Below are positions 30,926 to 41,435 of a stretch of 64,000 nucleotides of DNA, piece by piece. The stretch is from an uncultured virus (IMG/VR IMGVR_UViG_3300026116_000037) (taxonomy: Duplodnaviria > Heunggongvirae > Uroviricota > Caudoviricetes). The stretch is from the IMG/VR virus record IMGVR_UViG_3300026116_000037. One strand, written 5' to 3'. Position numbers and translations under genes: made by a program. Position 1 is the first letter of the stretch. The number at the start of each line of letters is the position of its first letter. A model generated the notes under the pieces. That model saw nothing but the letters and a program-made list of their open reading frames with translations, did no database searches and was not told the DNA's origin.

Positions 30926-31138
30926 CTATGCGGACTCGCGCCACGTCCTCAGCGTCGTCCGAGCCTCCGCGACCGCCTCCTCGACCGTGTGGCCGGCGCC
31001 GAGGATCTCGATCGTTTGGCCGCGCTCGTCGTTCAGGTAGATCGCGACCTCGAACTCCGTCTGACCGCCCCACATGTCGGCGAGGTCGGCCGCGGTGTCG
31101 ATCCTGATTCCGGGCTTGGCGACGTTCCGAGTGCTCAT
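30926..31138 (-). CDS. small hypothetical protein
   Basis: ATG 7 nt after conserved promoter. Confidence 0.7.
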   Translation of the reverse strand: MSTRNVAKPGIRIDTAADLADMWGGQTEFEVAIYLNDERGQTIEILGAGHTVEEAVAEARTTLRTWRESA

Positions 31139-31145
31139 GATCTAT

Positions 31146-31180
31146 CCATCGGCTCAGGGCGATAAAAACTTAAGGCCTTA
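31146..31180 (-). promoter_or_regulatory. sigma28-like promoter copy (leaderless)
   Basis: TAAGGCCTTAAG-N15-GCCGATGG-ATAGATC-ATG. Confidence 0.8.
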
Positions 31181-32026
31181 GCTTTCCTGTCTAATCGAAC
31201 CGCTTCGACTTGAGCGCCTTCCGTCCCTCGTCGGTCAGCTCCCACTTTCCACCACGACTCACGACCAAGCGCATGGAGGCCGCGGTGGCAAGAAGAAGGC
31301 CTTGAGCAGGACGCCGCGAGGGGCCTTCCTCGTCGAGCCGACGGAGAAGCGCGCTCATGACGTTGACGAGCTTCATCTCGCCGCCTCCATCACCTCGCCC
31401 GCGATGCCCTCGCGCATAGCCCTCTCCAACGTGGCGCGTTGCATTTCGAGCGCGAAGCGGTTCGAGGCGGCTCGGCGCTCCGGCGGCGGCGGGCCGGCGG
31501 TACCGTCAAACGCGTCACACGCGAGGTAATACTCGGCCCAAAGCTCGACGGCGCGCACGTAATTCGGGTCCGGCGGAGGGAACTCCCCGTGCCAATCGCG
31601 GCGCGAGTCGGGAGGGCTCACGGCTCACGCTCGTAGGTGTGAGGTGCCCCGCGAACCATCCGCCGATCGCCGAACGGCCGACGCCCGGTCTTGCGCACCG
31701 TGATCTCGATCTCGTCGCCGTCCCGAACCTCAGCGGCCGCGATCGCCTCCTGAATGACGTGCGGCTGCACCTGTCCTAAATCGGCGTCGGTCTCACTGTT
31801 ATGCAGCACGTTGCGGTATGGTCGGTGGTTCCCAGACCAGTATTCGGTGTAGGTCACTACGACTTTACCGACGGGCGTCGGCTTCGTGGTGGCGTCCTCC
31901 CACACCCCGAGGTTCTGATCAGCGGCGGCGTGGCTATCGTAGTGCCCCGCCTCGCGGGCGCACCTTCTTCCGTGAAACTCGGACACGCTCTCGCACTGCA
32001 TTTGAGTCCTCTTGTTGGGTGTTCGA

Positions 32027-32158
32027 TTACTTCGCCGCCGGCTCCGGCCGCGGCGCGACCTTGCGCACCAGGGCGAACCACGCGGCGGCGAGTAGGCCGA
32101 AGTCCTCGACGTCGAAGGGGAGGACCGCGGCGGGGTGGGGAGCGTTCGTCGTGTTCAT
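32027..32158 (-). CDS. 43-aa microprotein (not in ORF track)
   Basis: MNTTNAPHPAAVLPFDVEDFGLLAAAWFALVRKVAPRPEPAAK; leaderless promoter. Confidence 0.7.
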   Translation of the reverse strand: MNTTNAPHPAAVLPFDVEDFGLLAAAWFALVRKVAPRPEPAAK

Positions 32159-32165
32159 GATCTAT

Positions 32166-32200
32166 CCATCGGCTCGTGGCGAAAAAAACTTAAGGCTTTA
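32166..32200 (-). promoter_or_regulatory. sigma28-like promoter copy (leaderless)
   Basis: TAAAGCCTTAAG-N15-GCCGATGG-ATAGATC-ATG. Confidence 0.8.
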
Positions 32201-32461
32201 GAATCACCAGTTCATGGCGCAATGATTCGCTGCGCGGCTTGTCCGTAAACAGCACCTCGCCCGGCTCGGTCACGCCCGCGATCAGCATCGTGACTCCGTA
32301 CTCGTTATCGGAGGTCTGGACGCAAAACGCGAGCAAGCCCCCTCCTTCGAGGTGAATCTCGACATTTTGGAGCGGCGTTCCTCCGTTGGATTTGCCGCCC
32401 GAGTTCAGCTCGACGCGCGCGATCTTCCGGCCGCGCAAGAGCTTCGAGACCTCGCGGCTTG

Positions 32462-32887
32462 TCACGACGCGGCCTTGTGCCCTTCGCAGTCGTGGCACGC
32501 CTCCGCGTGCGCCTGGCGAACGAAGTCGGCCCGGTTGGCGGCGTGGTCGAGTGAATAGCCGAAGCCGTGATCGGTGATGAAGCTCTCGATCTGATCCTCG
32601 CGGAGGTAATGCCGCGTCGAGACCCGCGCCGTGACGTAGCAGCTCGCCCACCGGCCGCCGGTCAGCCCATCGGCTCGCTCCGCCAGCGCGTATGAAGTAG
32701 GAGTCTTGAACCACGTGCCGTCCGGGAGCGGCTCCCAGAAGCCGTCATAGTCGAACGCTACGAGCTGGAGGGGCTCTTGTTGCGGGTAGACGTCCCACCG
32801 CGTGGAGCGACGCGCCCAATAGAGCCCGTCTTGCGGGCGGTCGGCGGTCGGCTTAGGGGCTTCGGTGCGGGTATTGGTCGTGTTCAT
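32462..32887 (-). CDS. hypothetical protein
   Basis: ATG 7 nt after conserved promoter. Confidence 0.7.
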   Translation of the reverse strand: MNTTNTRTEAPKPTADRPQDGLYWARRSTRWDVYPQQEPLQLVAFDYDGFWEPLPDGTWFKTPTSYALAERADGLTGGRWASCYVTARVSTRHYLREDQIESFITDHGFGYSLDHAANRADFVRQAHAEACHDCEGHKAAS

Positions 32888-32894
32888 GATCTAT

Positions 32895-32931
32895 CCATCG
32901 GCTCGCGGTAAGAAAAACTTAAGGCCTTAAG
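32895..32931 (-). promoter_or_regulatory. sigma28-like promoter copy (leaderless)
   Basis: CTTAAGGCCTTAAG-N15-GCCGATGG-ATAGATC-ATG. Confidence 0.8.
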
Positions 32932-33687
32932 TGGTTAAGCCGCAAGACATCCTCGTCAACCACCCTACCGTCAGGGTGGCGCCACAGCAAATCCGTGGGG
33001 CTGGGGACGAAACCGCTCAGCCGTAGCGCCTCGATCAACTTCTCGCGCTCGGACCTACGTCGCGGCGGAGGTGGCGGTAGAGGAGCGGCTATCGGCTCCG
33101 ACCCGGGTGTCAACGCGTCCACCTCTCGGCGCGCCGCCTCTATGAAGTCCTCGACGTACTCCCTCATAACCCCTCCTAGCAGTCTTTGTGGCAGGCAAAC
33201 CTTATAAGACCTCAAAAGCAGCCAGACCGTGAAAAGCGATCAGCCGCCAGCTCGGCGGCCGCCTTGGTGTTGGGGTTGTCGATCCCGTACAGGTCCATAG
33301 GAAGATCGTCGCGGGACATGCCCAGCTCCGCGGCGGCGCGCCGGAGCGGCTCCCGGTGGTGGTGGTTGTCGTCTATCCGCCACAGCTTCACCAGGCGCTC
33401 CCGCAGCACCTCCACGGGCTCGGCGATCTCCTCGACCGTCACTCGGTACCGCCGAATGTGGACGACGCCGTTGAAGCACGATGGCTCGACGCGCGACGCG
33501 GTGATCGCACTGCCTAGGTAGGGCTCGCCCATGACCTCGTGCGTCTGCGGGTATTTCGGGGCGGCCGGCGCGGCGGGCTTCTTCGATCGGCGTTTGGTGG
33601 GCATTTGTGTCCGGCTTTCTTTTCGGTACCTTTGCGGGCTTGTTTGGGTCCTCCGATCCTTTTCACAGGCATCGGAGGCGAAGTTAT

Positions 33688-34434
33688 TTACTCTTGGAAG
33701 ATCAGCGAGCGAAACGGAGTGAGTTGCGGGAAAGACCAGCCCGCCGGAAACGCGAGCGGCGGAGCGCCGCCGCTATCGAAGTTGACGTTTTGATAGCCCG
33801 TCGCTGAGACATAGGCCCCGAGCTTCACCGACGCGACCGGATAGTGCGCCGGATCCCAGCCAAAATACGACAGATCCGGAATCCAGTAGGCATTGGGGTA
33901 GATTCCGGTGAACACGGCACAGACACCTCCGTACGAGGTTCCGTTGAAGAGGATCAGATCCTTCACTCCCGGAGTCGTGATGTTGGGCGAGTAGCAAACC
34001 GACTGCCCTCCGCCGTCAGAGCGATAGCCGATCGGAAGCATCGCCAACGAGTGCGGGCCGTTGGGCAGGCCCCAACTCGTCATATTCGAGAACGGTTGCA
34101 CGGATGGGCTGTCCGGAATGGTCGCGGCTACGGAGCCGGTGAAGTTATCGCCCGTGAAGTACCGGATGATCGTGTGAGGGCCGACTTTGATCGAGTACGG
34201 CCACAAATAGGTGCCGTAAAAGGTGCCGACCTGGGTGTAGGGAGGGATTCGCGTACAAGTCCCGGTGAAGTTGATTCCGGTGTAGGTGTCAACCATGTGC
34301 TCCGGGGTGGTGCCGGTGCAAGAGCCGAAGACGGCCGACGTTTTGGACGAGACCTCCTCCGGAGGCTCGCCGCACCCGGCGAAGCCGAGGCAAGCGATGG
34401 TGAGCGCGATCAGGGCGGTGTGCAGGGTTTTCAT
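33688..34434 (-). CDS. lipoprotein with beta/gamma-crystallin-like repeats
   Basis: Lipobox FAGC; YTGINFTG...SIKVG...FTGDNFTG and FNGTSYGG...SVKLG...YQNVNF Greek-key motifs. Confidence 0.6.
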   Translation of the reverse strand: MKTLHTALIALTIACLGFAGCGEPPEEVSSKTSAVFGSCTGTTPEHMVDTYTGINFTGTCTRIPPYTQVGTFYGTYLWPYSIKVGPHTIIRYFTGDNFTGSVAATIPDSPSVQPFSNMTSWGLPNGPHSLAMLPIGYRSDGGGQSVCYSPNITTPGVKDLILFNGTSYGGVCAVFTGIYPNAYWIPDLSYFGWDPAHYPVASVKLGAYVSATGYQNVNFDSGGAPPLAFPAGWSFPQLTPFRSLIFQE

Positions 34435-34475
34435 TTGGTTACACGGTTCCTTTCTTGGTTGGGGCGAGAGGGGCT

Positions 34476-34631
34476 CTACTGCTTCCGAACGGCGTCAAAC
34501 CAGGCGGCCGCGACCGGGCCGAAAAAGAGGATGTCGAGGCGGAGCTTGTCGGCCTTCGTGACGGCGGCGCTCACGAGGGTGACAACGGAGGTCTTCGAGG
34601 GGCAGGTCTGGGCGAAGGGCTTGGAGTTCAT
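34476..34631 (-). CDS. 51-aa microprotein (not in ORF track)
   Basis: MNSKPFAQ...FFGPVAAAWFDAVRKQ; AAAAGGA SD. Confidence 0.65.
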   Translation of the reverse strand: MNSKPFAQTCPSKTSVVTLVSAAVTKADKLRLDILFFGPVAAAWFDAVRKQ

Positions 34632-34676
34632 GGCGTTGGTCCTTTTGGTTTGGGGCGACGTCTCGTTACACTATGA

Positions 34677-34713
34677 ACATCGGCACGCCCTTCGAAAACC
34701 TTAAGGCCTTAAG
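34677..34713 (-). promoter_or_regulatory. sigma28-like promoter copy
   Basis: CTTAAGGCCTTAAG-N15-GCCGATGT. Confidence 0.75.
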
Positions 34714-35192
34714 AACTATTTTTTAACTACTTAGGTAGCGACTTCGGTACCGGCTCGGCGAGAGCCACCGCGCGGCCGAACCGGGTGATCGTGAACTCGG
34801 GCGCGCCGTCGGGGGCGAGGTAGCGGTGGAGAAGTCCACGACGGTGTAGGGCGATCAAGACGGTGGGGTTGGTAGGGCCCGTACCCGAGGCCCGCACCGG
34901 CCGCCCGTCAAGGGCCGCGCTCAGCGCCTCGATCATGGCGTCGGTGAGCGGGCCGGCGTCGTTCACGTCACGGGCTCCAATATGGCGACGCGCGACTCCA
35001 GCAGATGTCGGCCGGAGTCAAGCTCTCGCTGTATCGCCGCCAGCGACGACCGCAGCCGCTTGTTTTCGTCGTCCAGCGCGACGATGGTTCCGTGCATCCT
35101 GTTCGCGGTCTTAAGCCCCTTGCCAGCGAACTTGTCCAGCCAACGCCGAGACCGACCGACCTCGGCCGCGATCTCCTCCTTGCTCGGCGGAA

Positions 35193-36035
35193 TCATGGCC
35201 CTACCCCCGCGGCGCGCGCCTTCGCCTCGTCCAGCGCCCGCTGTAGGGAAGCGAGCTGCGCCTCCGCGTTCTCGTGGTACACGGCCCACGTGTCTAGGTC
35301 GCGTTTCTGATCCGCGAGCCGCGCTTCGAGGTCGGCGACCTCCTCGGCGAGCGCGCGGAACGCCCGAACCGCCTCCAGCGCGGCCGGGGAAGGCGAGTGA
35401 AGGCGGCCGTCGTCTCCGCGCGTGATGAGCGCTGATCGCAAGGCCTTGATCGCGTCGAAAATCCGCGCGCTCAGCGGCGCGGCCGGCGCGCCCTGTTCGT
35501 CTCTGCGGCATTTTCCACATACCGAATACTCGTCAACCTCCGAGACTTCTCCGCAGCCTTCACACGCGTGAATCGAGTCGGCGGGCGCGCCCTGGCAATA
35601 CTCTCCGGTGCACGGCGGGTGGTCGTGCGCGACAGGCCTGATCTGTGGGCAATCGCTGTAATTGTGGAGACCTTGGCACTTCGGGCACCAAGGCACGCCG
35701 ATAGCGGCTGGTGCGCCCTGGACCGGCGGGCGAGGCTCGATGGGCCCCAAGATGTCGTAGCATCCGCCGTCCCACAGGTCCCGCAATGGACGCGAGCCCT
35801 TGCCCACAAACCACGGCCGACGAGCGTCCGGCCCTTCTTCTCCGTCGTATCTCGCTAGCACCACCCACTTACCGACGCTGTCCGCGCCAGGCCCGCTCCG
35901 CCCGACCACGCGGAACCCTAGGGGTGCCGTCCTCGCGCTCGGCGGCTCGGCGGGCGCGCCCTGGACCGGCGCGGGCGGCACGAGTCGAACCGTCTCGCAT
36001 CCGTGCTTGCTCTTCGGTTTGTAGGAGGTGATCAT
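35193..36035 (-). CDS. mosaic hypothetical protein with QGAPA-delimited segments
   Basis: Four QGAPA motifs; GAGGA SD. Confidence 0.6.
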   Translation of the reverse strand: MITSYKPKSKHGCETVRLVPPAPVQGAPAEPPSARTAPLGFRVVGRSGPGADSVGKWVVLARYDGEEGPDARRPWFVGKGSRPLRDLWDGGCYDILGPIEPRPPVQGAPAAIGVPWCPKCQGLHNYSDCPQIRPVAHDHPPCTGEYCQGAPADSIHACEGCGEVSEVDEYSVCGKCRRDEQGAPAAPLSARIFDAIKALRSALITRGDDGRLHSPSPAALEAVRAFRALAEEVADLEARLADQKRDLDTWAVYHENAEAQLASLQRALDEAKARAAGVGP

Positions 36036-36562
36036 CGGCTTTTCCTCTTCTTCGGGTTCCGTGGCTCGGCGCGAGTCCGACTCAGCGCCTCGATCTTCTT
36101 CTCCAGTTCGTCGATTCTCTTCGAGAGCTTGTCGTGAACTAGGTGCGCCCCGATTTCGTGGCCGCCGACATCCCCGCAGACCTCGCACTCCTCTTCGTCT
36201 TCGTCCTCAATCGGGCGGTTGGCCGGGTTGAACATGTCGGCGAGGGCCTCGGCTTCGCGTTCGTCCCTCTCGATCTCGTGCATTGTCCGATCGCGTCCGT
36301 GCCAAAGTCCCATGTGCTTAGCCTTTCTTCTTCGGATCATTGCGGCGGGCGAGGGCGGCCTCCCACACGCGGAGCGAGATCGCGCGGTCGAGGTCCAGGC
36401 CGAGAGCGTCGAGGGCGTCGGCGAGCGTGCGGTAGGCGCCGGAGGCGCGGAGCCGCTCGGCCTCGGTGTAGATGGTGGTGAAGCTCCCCTCGTTCGCGTG
36501 CGGGTTCGCGCGCGGGGCCGTGGGCTCGTCTTCATCGATCAGGGTCGGGACGGCTTCGGTGA

Positions 36563-36949
36563 TCATCGGGATCCTTTCGCGGTTCCTAGGCGCGTGACGA
36601 GGACGTGTTCCGGACATCGGCGCTCCACCCAGCCGGCGGCCTGCGCCAGCTTCCAGGCCTTCTCATGCGTTGGCGCCGACGGTCCGAGCGCAGAGCATCC
36701 GGGATGGACGCACGCGACCCGGACACCCGATGGAGAAACGCCCGCCCCTTCTCGGAGCGCTTCCTTGTGCGCCCGGTGCCAACGCTTAACCTCGGCTTGG
36801 CTCGGAAGCCGACCGTTGGAGTACGTCGCCGGCTTCGCGCCGCACCGGCACCCGCCTAGAGGGCGTTCCGGGTAGCCGGGGACACGCTTCAATTGCATTT
36901 TGCCTTCGCTGATCAGCTCGTGACCTCGAATCGGTGGGTTACTCTTCAT
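36563..36949 (-). CDS. hypothetical Cys/His protein
   Basis: Start reassigned to ATG 36949, 8 nt after conserved promoter. Confidence 0.6.
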   Translation of the reverse strand: MKSNPPIRGHELISEGKMQLKRVPGYPERPLGGCRCGAKPATYSNGRLPSQAEVKRWHRAHKEALREGAGVSPSGVRVACVHPGCSALGPSAPTHEKAWKLAQAAGWVERRCPEHVLVTRLGTAKGSR

Positions 36950-36957
36950 GATTGATC

Positions 36958-36989
36958 CCTTCGGCACCTTAGCCCTAAACCTTTAGGCC
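36958..36989 (-). promoter_or_regulatory. sigma28-like promoter copy (leaderless)
   Basis: CCTAAAG-N15-GCCGAAGG-N8-ATG. Confidence 0.7.
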
Positions 36990-37303
36990 TAGGTGCGTGG
37001 AGCTTTCGCCTCGTAGGCCTTAGCCTTCCAGGTGGCCAGGGCCGCCTCAGCTTGGCCCAGACGCTCGCGGGCGATCTTCATGGTGACGGGCGTGGTGCAG
37101 GTCGCGAGGTGGGCGCGGCGGCTATCCACCATCGCGGAGCGCTCCGCAATCTCGCGCGCCAGCATCTCGGCCGCCGGCACCTTCTTATCCTTGGCGAAGG
37201 TCCCGCGCCCGTCGCAGCGATTGCAGCGGCCCCCGTTGTTGTGGGCGTAGAACTTGATGAATCCGGTGCCGTCGCACTTCCCGCATTTGGTTTGATTCGC
37301 CAT
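36989..37303 (-). CDS. DnaJ-type zinc-finger small protein
   Basis: CGKCDGTG, CNRCDGRG. Confidence 0.65.
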   Translation of the reverse strand: MANQTKCGKCDGTGFIKFYAHNNGGRCNRCDGRGTFAKDKKVPAAEMLAREIAERSAMVDSRRAHLATCTTPVTMKIARERLGQAEAALATWKAKAYEAKAPRT

Positions 37304-37315
37304 GTCTACCTCTCC

Positions 37316-37432
37316 TGCACCGCCCGTGCCTACGCTGGGCCGTTCGGCGGGCCCCGCCTAGCCTCGGGTAATATCTCCCGACGTTGCTTCCGAGTCTACG
37401 GTTTTTGTTGCTTCTGTTGCCTCCGAGGCTAC
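37316..37432 (-). promoter_or_regulatory. sigma54 promoter with upstream enhancer
   Basis: AGGCACGGGCGGTGCA (37331-37316); GTAG-N9-CAAC-N5-CAAC-N7-GTAG-N9-CAAC at 37432-37383. Confidence 0.75.
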
Positions 37433-38053
37433 GCCCTCCTGCTCCTCCGCCGCCGCCGCCTTCCGCTCCAAGTAAGCCTTTCTCGATAGCGCCCGAATGG
37501 CGACGATCTCCGCCGCCGAACGCTCCGCGTAGCCCTCCTCTGGTATTTCTTCGACGTCCTCCGCATCCGCCTCCGCCTCCGCGAATGAATGGAGCCACCG
37601 AGCAAACTCCGGCTCGTAATGAGGGCTGTGCGGGTTGCCGTGGCGCTTGATAATGTAGGCGTCTTTGCGTCCTGTCGGTAGGCGGCCGGAGTCGATGCAG
37701 CGATTCATAACGGAGCCGATCCACCCGTTCGTTCGCAGGTACTTTTCTTGCGTGTCGTTGATCTCTCGCGTGAGCCTGGCTCTTTCCTCGGCGTCGGCGG
37801 TGCCGCGAAGGCGCGCGCGGAGAGTTTGCAGGGCGTAGCGCAGCTCGGCTTTGTATTCCGCCTTACGCATTATACGATTCATGATCTTTTCCGCCCTGGA
37901 GAGCTTCGGGCGCCCGCGCGGGCGGGGGGCCGTGCCGGCGTCGAAAGCCTCCGCCCGCGCGGCGGCGCGCTTGGCCTTGGTCACCGTCTGATAGTAGCTC
38001 TGGTCGGCCGCCTTCTTACGCTGGGCACGAAGTGCCGGATCCAGCCTCTTCAC
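37358..38053 (-). CDS. hypothetical protein with AT-hook-like RGRP motif
   Basis: RPRGRPK; GTG overlapping upstream stop. Confidence 0.55.
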   Translation of the reverse strand: MKRLDPALRAQRKKAADQSYYQTVTKAKRAAARAEAFDAGTAPRPRGRPKLSRAEKIMNRIMRKAEYKAELRYALQTLRARLRGTADAEERARLTREINDTQEKYLRTNGWIGSVMNRCIDSGRLPTGRKDAYIIKRHGNPHSPHYEPEFARWLHSFAEAEADAEDVEEIPEEGYAERSAAEIVAIRALSRKAYLERKAAAAEEQEGVASEATEATKTVDSEATSGDITRG

Positions 38054-38464
38054 GGCTTGGGACTTTCTCCGCCGGACCCCACCGCACGCGCTGCGGTCTC
38101 GGCCTGACGAATCCCATCCAAGCGCGCCGGGTCCCACCACGAATCGCGGCGAGAGGTCCACCCGTTCCGCGGGCCTGGCCTCCAGTCCGAAGGGAGCCCG
38201 TACTTTTCGGCCTGCGCTAGGGCGAAGAGAGCGACTTCGAGCTTTAGGGCCTGTTGGCGCGTACGCGGCTCGGCCTGGAGCGATGGAAGATCCCGACGCG
38301 CCAGCGCGATCTTTTCCGGCACCAGCGGCGCCTTACCCAAGGTCAAGCGATCACGGATCTCGCCGGGATTGACGCCGTAGAGGCGCTCGGTCTGGATCAG
38401 GATCCTCGCGTCAGAGGTGTTTCGCTCTTTTCCGTAAATCAACGTCGTGGGCATGGCAGACCTC

Positions 38465-39334
38465 CTAGGCGTCCGGCGCCGCGCCGGGCTCCAACTGTTG
38501 CAAGCGCTCCTTGGTCGTCGTGATCAAGCTCTGAACATCTTTCGTCTGTAGGTTGAGGTCCGCGGCCCGCGTCTCCAGGGAATGCAGCCGCGCTTTCAAA
38601 GCGACGATCTCGCCCTCTCTCGCGCGCTCCTGCGCCCGCTTCAACTTCGCTGCCTCCCGCGCCTTCCGGACCTCCTCCGCGGCGCGGATCTTGGCCTCGC
38701 GGTCTCGCTCCTTGGCTTCGAGGCGGGCCCGCGCCTTGGCCTGCCTTACTTCCTCGGGCTCGGGCGGTCGCCCGGGGGATCTTTTCGGCGCCTCGGGCGA
38801 GCGCGCCCGGCGGCGGTTGTCCAGCTCGGCATCGCGAGCGATTCTAAACGCCTCCGATGGCACGACGGTAGGAGGCACGCGCTCGGCTTCGTGAGCGGCG
38901 CGGATCAACTCGGCCCGGAATTGCTCCTGTAGGCGCTGGACGTCCGACAGATCCCACACGTCCCCGTGCTCTGCCTCCCACAACGCCAAGGACCGCGCCG
39001 CGCTCGGACCCAGCATCTCGACCAGCGCGTTCACGTCTTCGGGCTGCAAAGGTCCGTAGCCTCGTTTGTAGCGGTACGCGTAGACCACCGCGAAGACCTG
39101 TACAAGGGTCATGAGCCCGTGAGAGGGGCGGTCACCCGGTCTCTCGGAGCCGGGGCGCCTCTCGATCAAGCGGTCGACCGGATCACCGATCAAGAAGTCT
39201 CGGACGATGGCCTTGCGCCAGCTCTGATCGAAGTGGCAAAAGCGGTCGATCTTGATCGCTATTTCGTATTTCGGCGGAGGGGCCGAGAGCGAGTTAGAGG
39301 AATTCGTCTCAGGACCGTTCGGACGGTTAATCAT
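38465..39334 (-). CDS. hypothetical coiled-coil protein, first gene of left arm
   Basis: Long ORF adjacent to the divergence region. Confidence 0.6.
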   Translation of the reverse strand: MINRPNGPETNSSNSLSAPPPKYEIAIKIDRFCHFDQSWRKAIVRDFLIGDPVDRLIERRPGSERPGDRPSHGLMTLVQVFAVVYAYRYKRGYGPLQPEDVNALVEMLGPSAARSLALWEAEHGDVWDLSDVQRLQEQFRAELIRAAHEAERVPPTVVPSEAFRIARDAELDNRRRARSPEAPKRSPGRPPEPEEVRQAKARARLEAKERDREAKIRAAEEVRKAREAAKLKRAQERAREGEIVALKARLHSLETRAADLNLQTKDVQSLITTTKERLQQLEPGAAPDA

Positions 39335-39554
39335 CGGTTAATTTTAGCGGCTTCTGGGCCGGACGCTAGTTTTATGTGATTAATCCTTCGAGTGCACCGG
39401 ATCGGTAACTCTAATAATAAATGCGGCGCCGCTGGCGCATTAAGTGCATAAGTAAAGCCGGCATAGGCCTCTCAGGAAATTGCGCTAAACCCGTATGAGA
39501 GCCGAAAAATAACCTACCCGCGTCATGACGGCCGCGAATAATCAAGGTTTCGTT

Positions 39555-39749
39555 ATTCGTCTGACACTTTCATTCCGCTGTATAGATCCTCTCGGCCTCA
39601 AAAAGTATAATCTATTAATTCGAGTCAAGAAAACTTAAAAATGATGCAAGACAGCAGGTAGGGACTTACGGAATTTGGAGCAATAATCATTGATTCTACT
39701 CTTTGTCGAGGAGAGGGTCTATACAGCGGAATGAAAGTGTCAGACGAAT
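39555..39749. repeat. 39-bp inverted repeat (1 mismatch) flanking a 117-bp AT-rich spacer
   Basis: ATTCGTCTGACACTTTCATTCCGCTGTATAGA(T/C)CCTCTC at 39555-39593 and reverse complement at 39711-39749. Confidence 0.95.
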
Positions 39750-39866
39750 GGCAACGACGTGCCGCGGCACTAGACGTAACGAGTAAGTTTTTGTTACTCG
39801 GCCACCGAAAGATCTTGCGTCCTAAGCGCTAAGGATTTAGGCTCTAGCTTCTCGGTCCTGACGCTC

Positions 39867-40400
39867 ATGGCAATCGACTCCCCCGAAAAGGTTCTTTTGA
39901 CGCTCGACGCCGGCCTCCTGGCACGGGTGGACCACGAAGTCGCGATCCTCGCCCGAGCGTCCAAGGAGCGGGCCGCGAAGGCGCAGGGGACCCGACGCTT
40001 GACGCTGCGCCGCAAGCGAATCGCCGGTCACGCCGTGACGCGGCTGGAGGTGCTCCGGGAGCTGATCCGAGAGAGCCTCGACCGGCGCGCGGCCGCGCGC
40101 GGGGAAGAGGTGCCTTCGGTGGAGGTGGCGGGGCCGTTCGGGTTCGCTCCCGAGGTGCCCGAGGTGAGGAGCGAGACCGCGATCGTGGCCGCGCTGGAAG
40201 CCGAGGCGCCCGCGAGCGCGAGCGACTTCGAGGACAGAAGCGGCGGATACCTGTTGCCCGATCCTCCGAAGAACGTGGCCGCGTCTACGCCCGCGCTTGC
40301 TCCGGCCGGTCCCGCTCTTCGGGCTGACGTTCCCCGTAAGGCTGTTGATGGGGGCGCGACGGCGAACTTGCGCCCGATCGGCCTGCGCCCGAAAAAGTAG
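39867..40400 (+). CDS. ribbon-helix-helix-like transcription regulator
   Basis: KVLLTLDAGLLARVD...TRLEVLRELIRESL. Confidence 0.55.
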   Translation: MAIDSPEKVLLTLDAGLLARVDHEVAILARASKERAAKAQGTRRLTLRRKRIAGHAVTRLEVLRELIRESLDRRAAARGEEVPSVEVAGPFGFAPEVPEVRSETAIVAALEAEAPASASDFEDRSGGYLLPDPPKNVAASTPALAPAGPALRADVPRKAVDGGATANLRPIGLRPKK

Positions 40401-41435
40401 CTCGCCCGCGGTCGAGGCACACACAGCGAACCGAAACGCCCGCACGCGCACAACGCACGAAGGAAAGGCACACGAATGCTCTTTGTCGAACCAAACACGG
40501 GTATGGTCATAGAAGTCAACGAGGAGACCGGCATGCGCCAGCTCTGTGAGCGCTGCCGCTTCCTGTCCGTCGAGTCAAGCCACTCGCTCTGCGGCTCCTG
40601 CACGGCCAGCGCCCACGGCACCGACCCGCAAGCCGAGATCGCCCAGCTCCGCCAGGACAAGAATCGCTTGTATCAGGCGATCGAGCACCAGAAGCGCGTG
40701 ATCGCGGCGCTCAGCCGGCAAGCGGGCGAGTCTCAGGCGCGGATCGAGAGCCTCGCGGACACGGCACTGGATCTCGTCGACGGTCTACTCCGCGCCGACG
40801 GGGAATTCCGCCGACTGGCCAAGAAGGCCGGCACGCTTTACGGGGCCCTTTGTTGGATGGCGGAGGTCGCCCGATGAACCACAACGAGATCAAGGGCCTG
40901 ATCGAGACCGCCGCCGGTCCGGACGGGCAAAATGACGAGAATTGGGAGGCCGTCGGCGTCGATCGGCTCTACTTCTCCGACCCACGTGACCCCGAGACCA
41001 GCGGCGCGGTGGACGTCCAGCGCTCGCCCGACGGCGCGCACGTCGCACGGGTGAAGCTGGAGCTGTGGATCACCCCCGAGCGCGCGGCGGAGATCGTCGC
41101 CATCGTCACGGGCGCGAAGCCCCTGGCCCTGGAAGCCCTAGCCCGGCGTCTACAGCCGGAGATCGCCCGCAAGGCGGCCCTCCCGATGGTTGCGCTCGGC
41201 TACGTCGCTCCTGCGAACGATGCGGAGGTTCAGCACGAGGTCAGAACGCACGTCACGCGGGAGCACGAGTCGGATCGCGTCTACGAGCCCACCGCGGTGG
41301 AGAAGGCGGACGAGGCGCGCCGGATCGAGCTGGAGAGGCTCGTCAAGGAGCAGGAGGAAGAGGAGCGGCTAGAAGCGGAGATGGAGCGCAAGCAAAACGA
41401 ACAGGACGAGCCGGAAGAGCTGGCGTTGTAGGATC

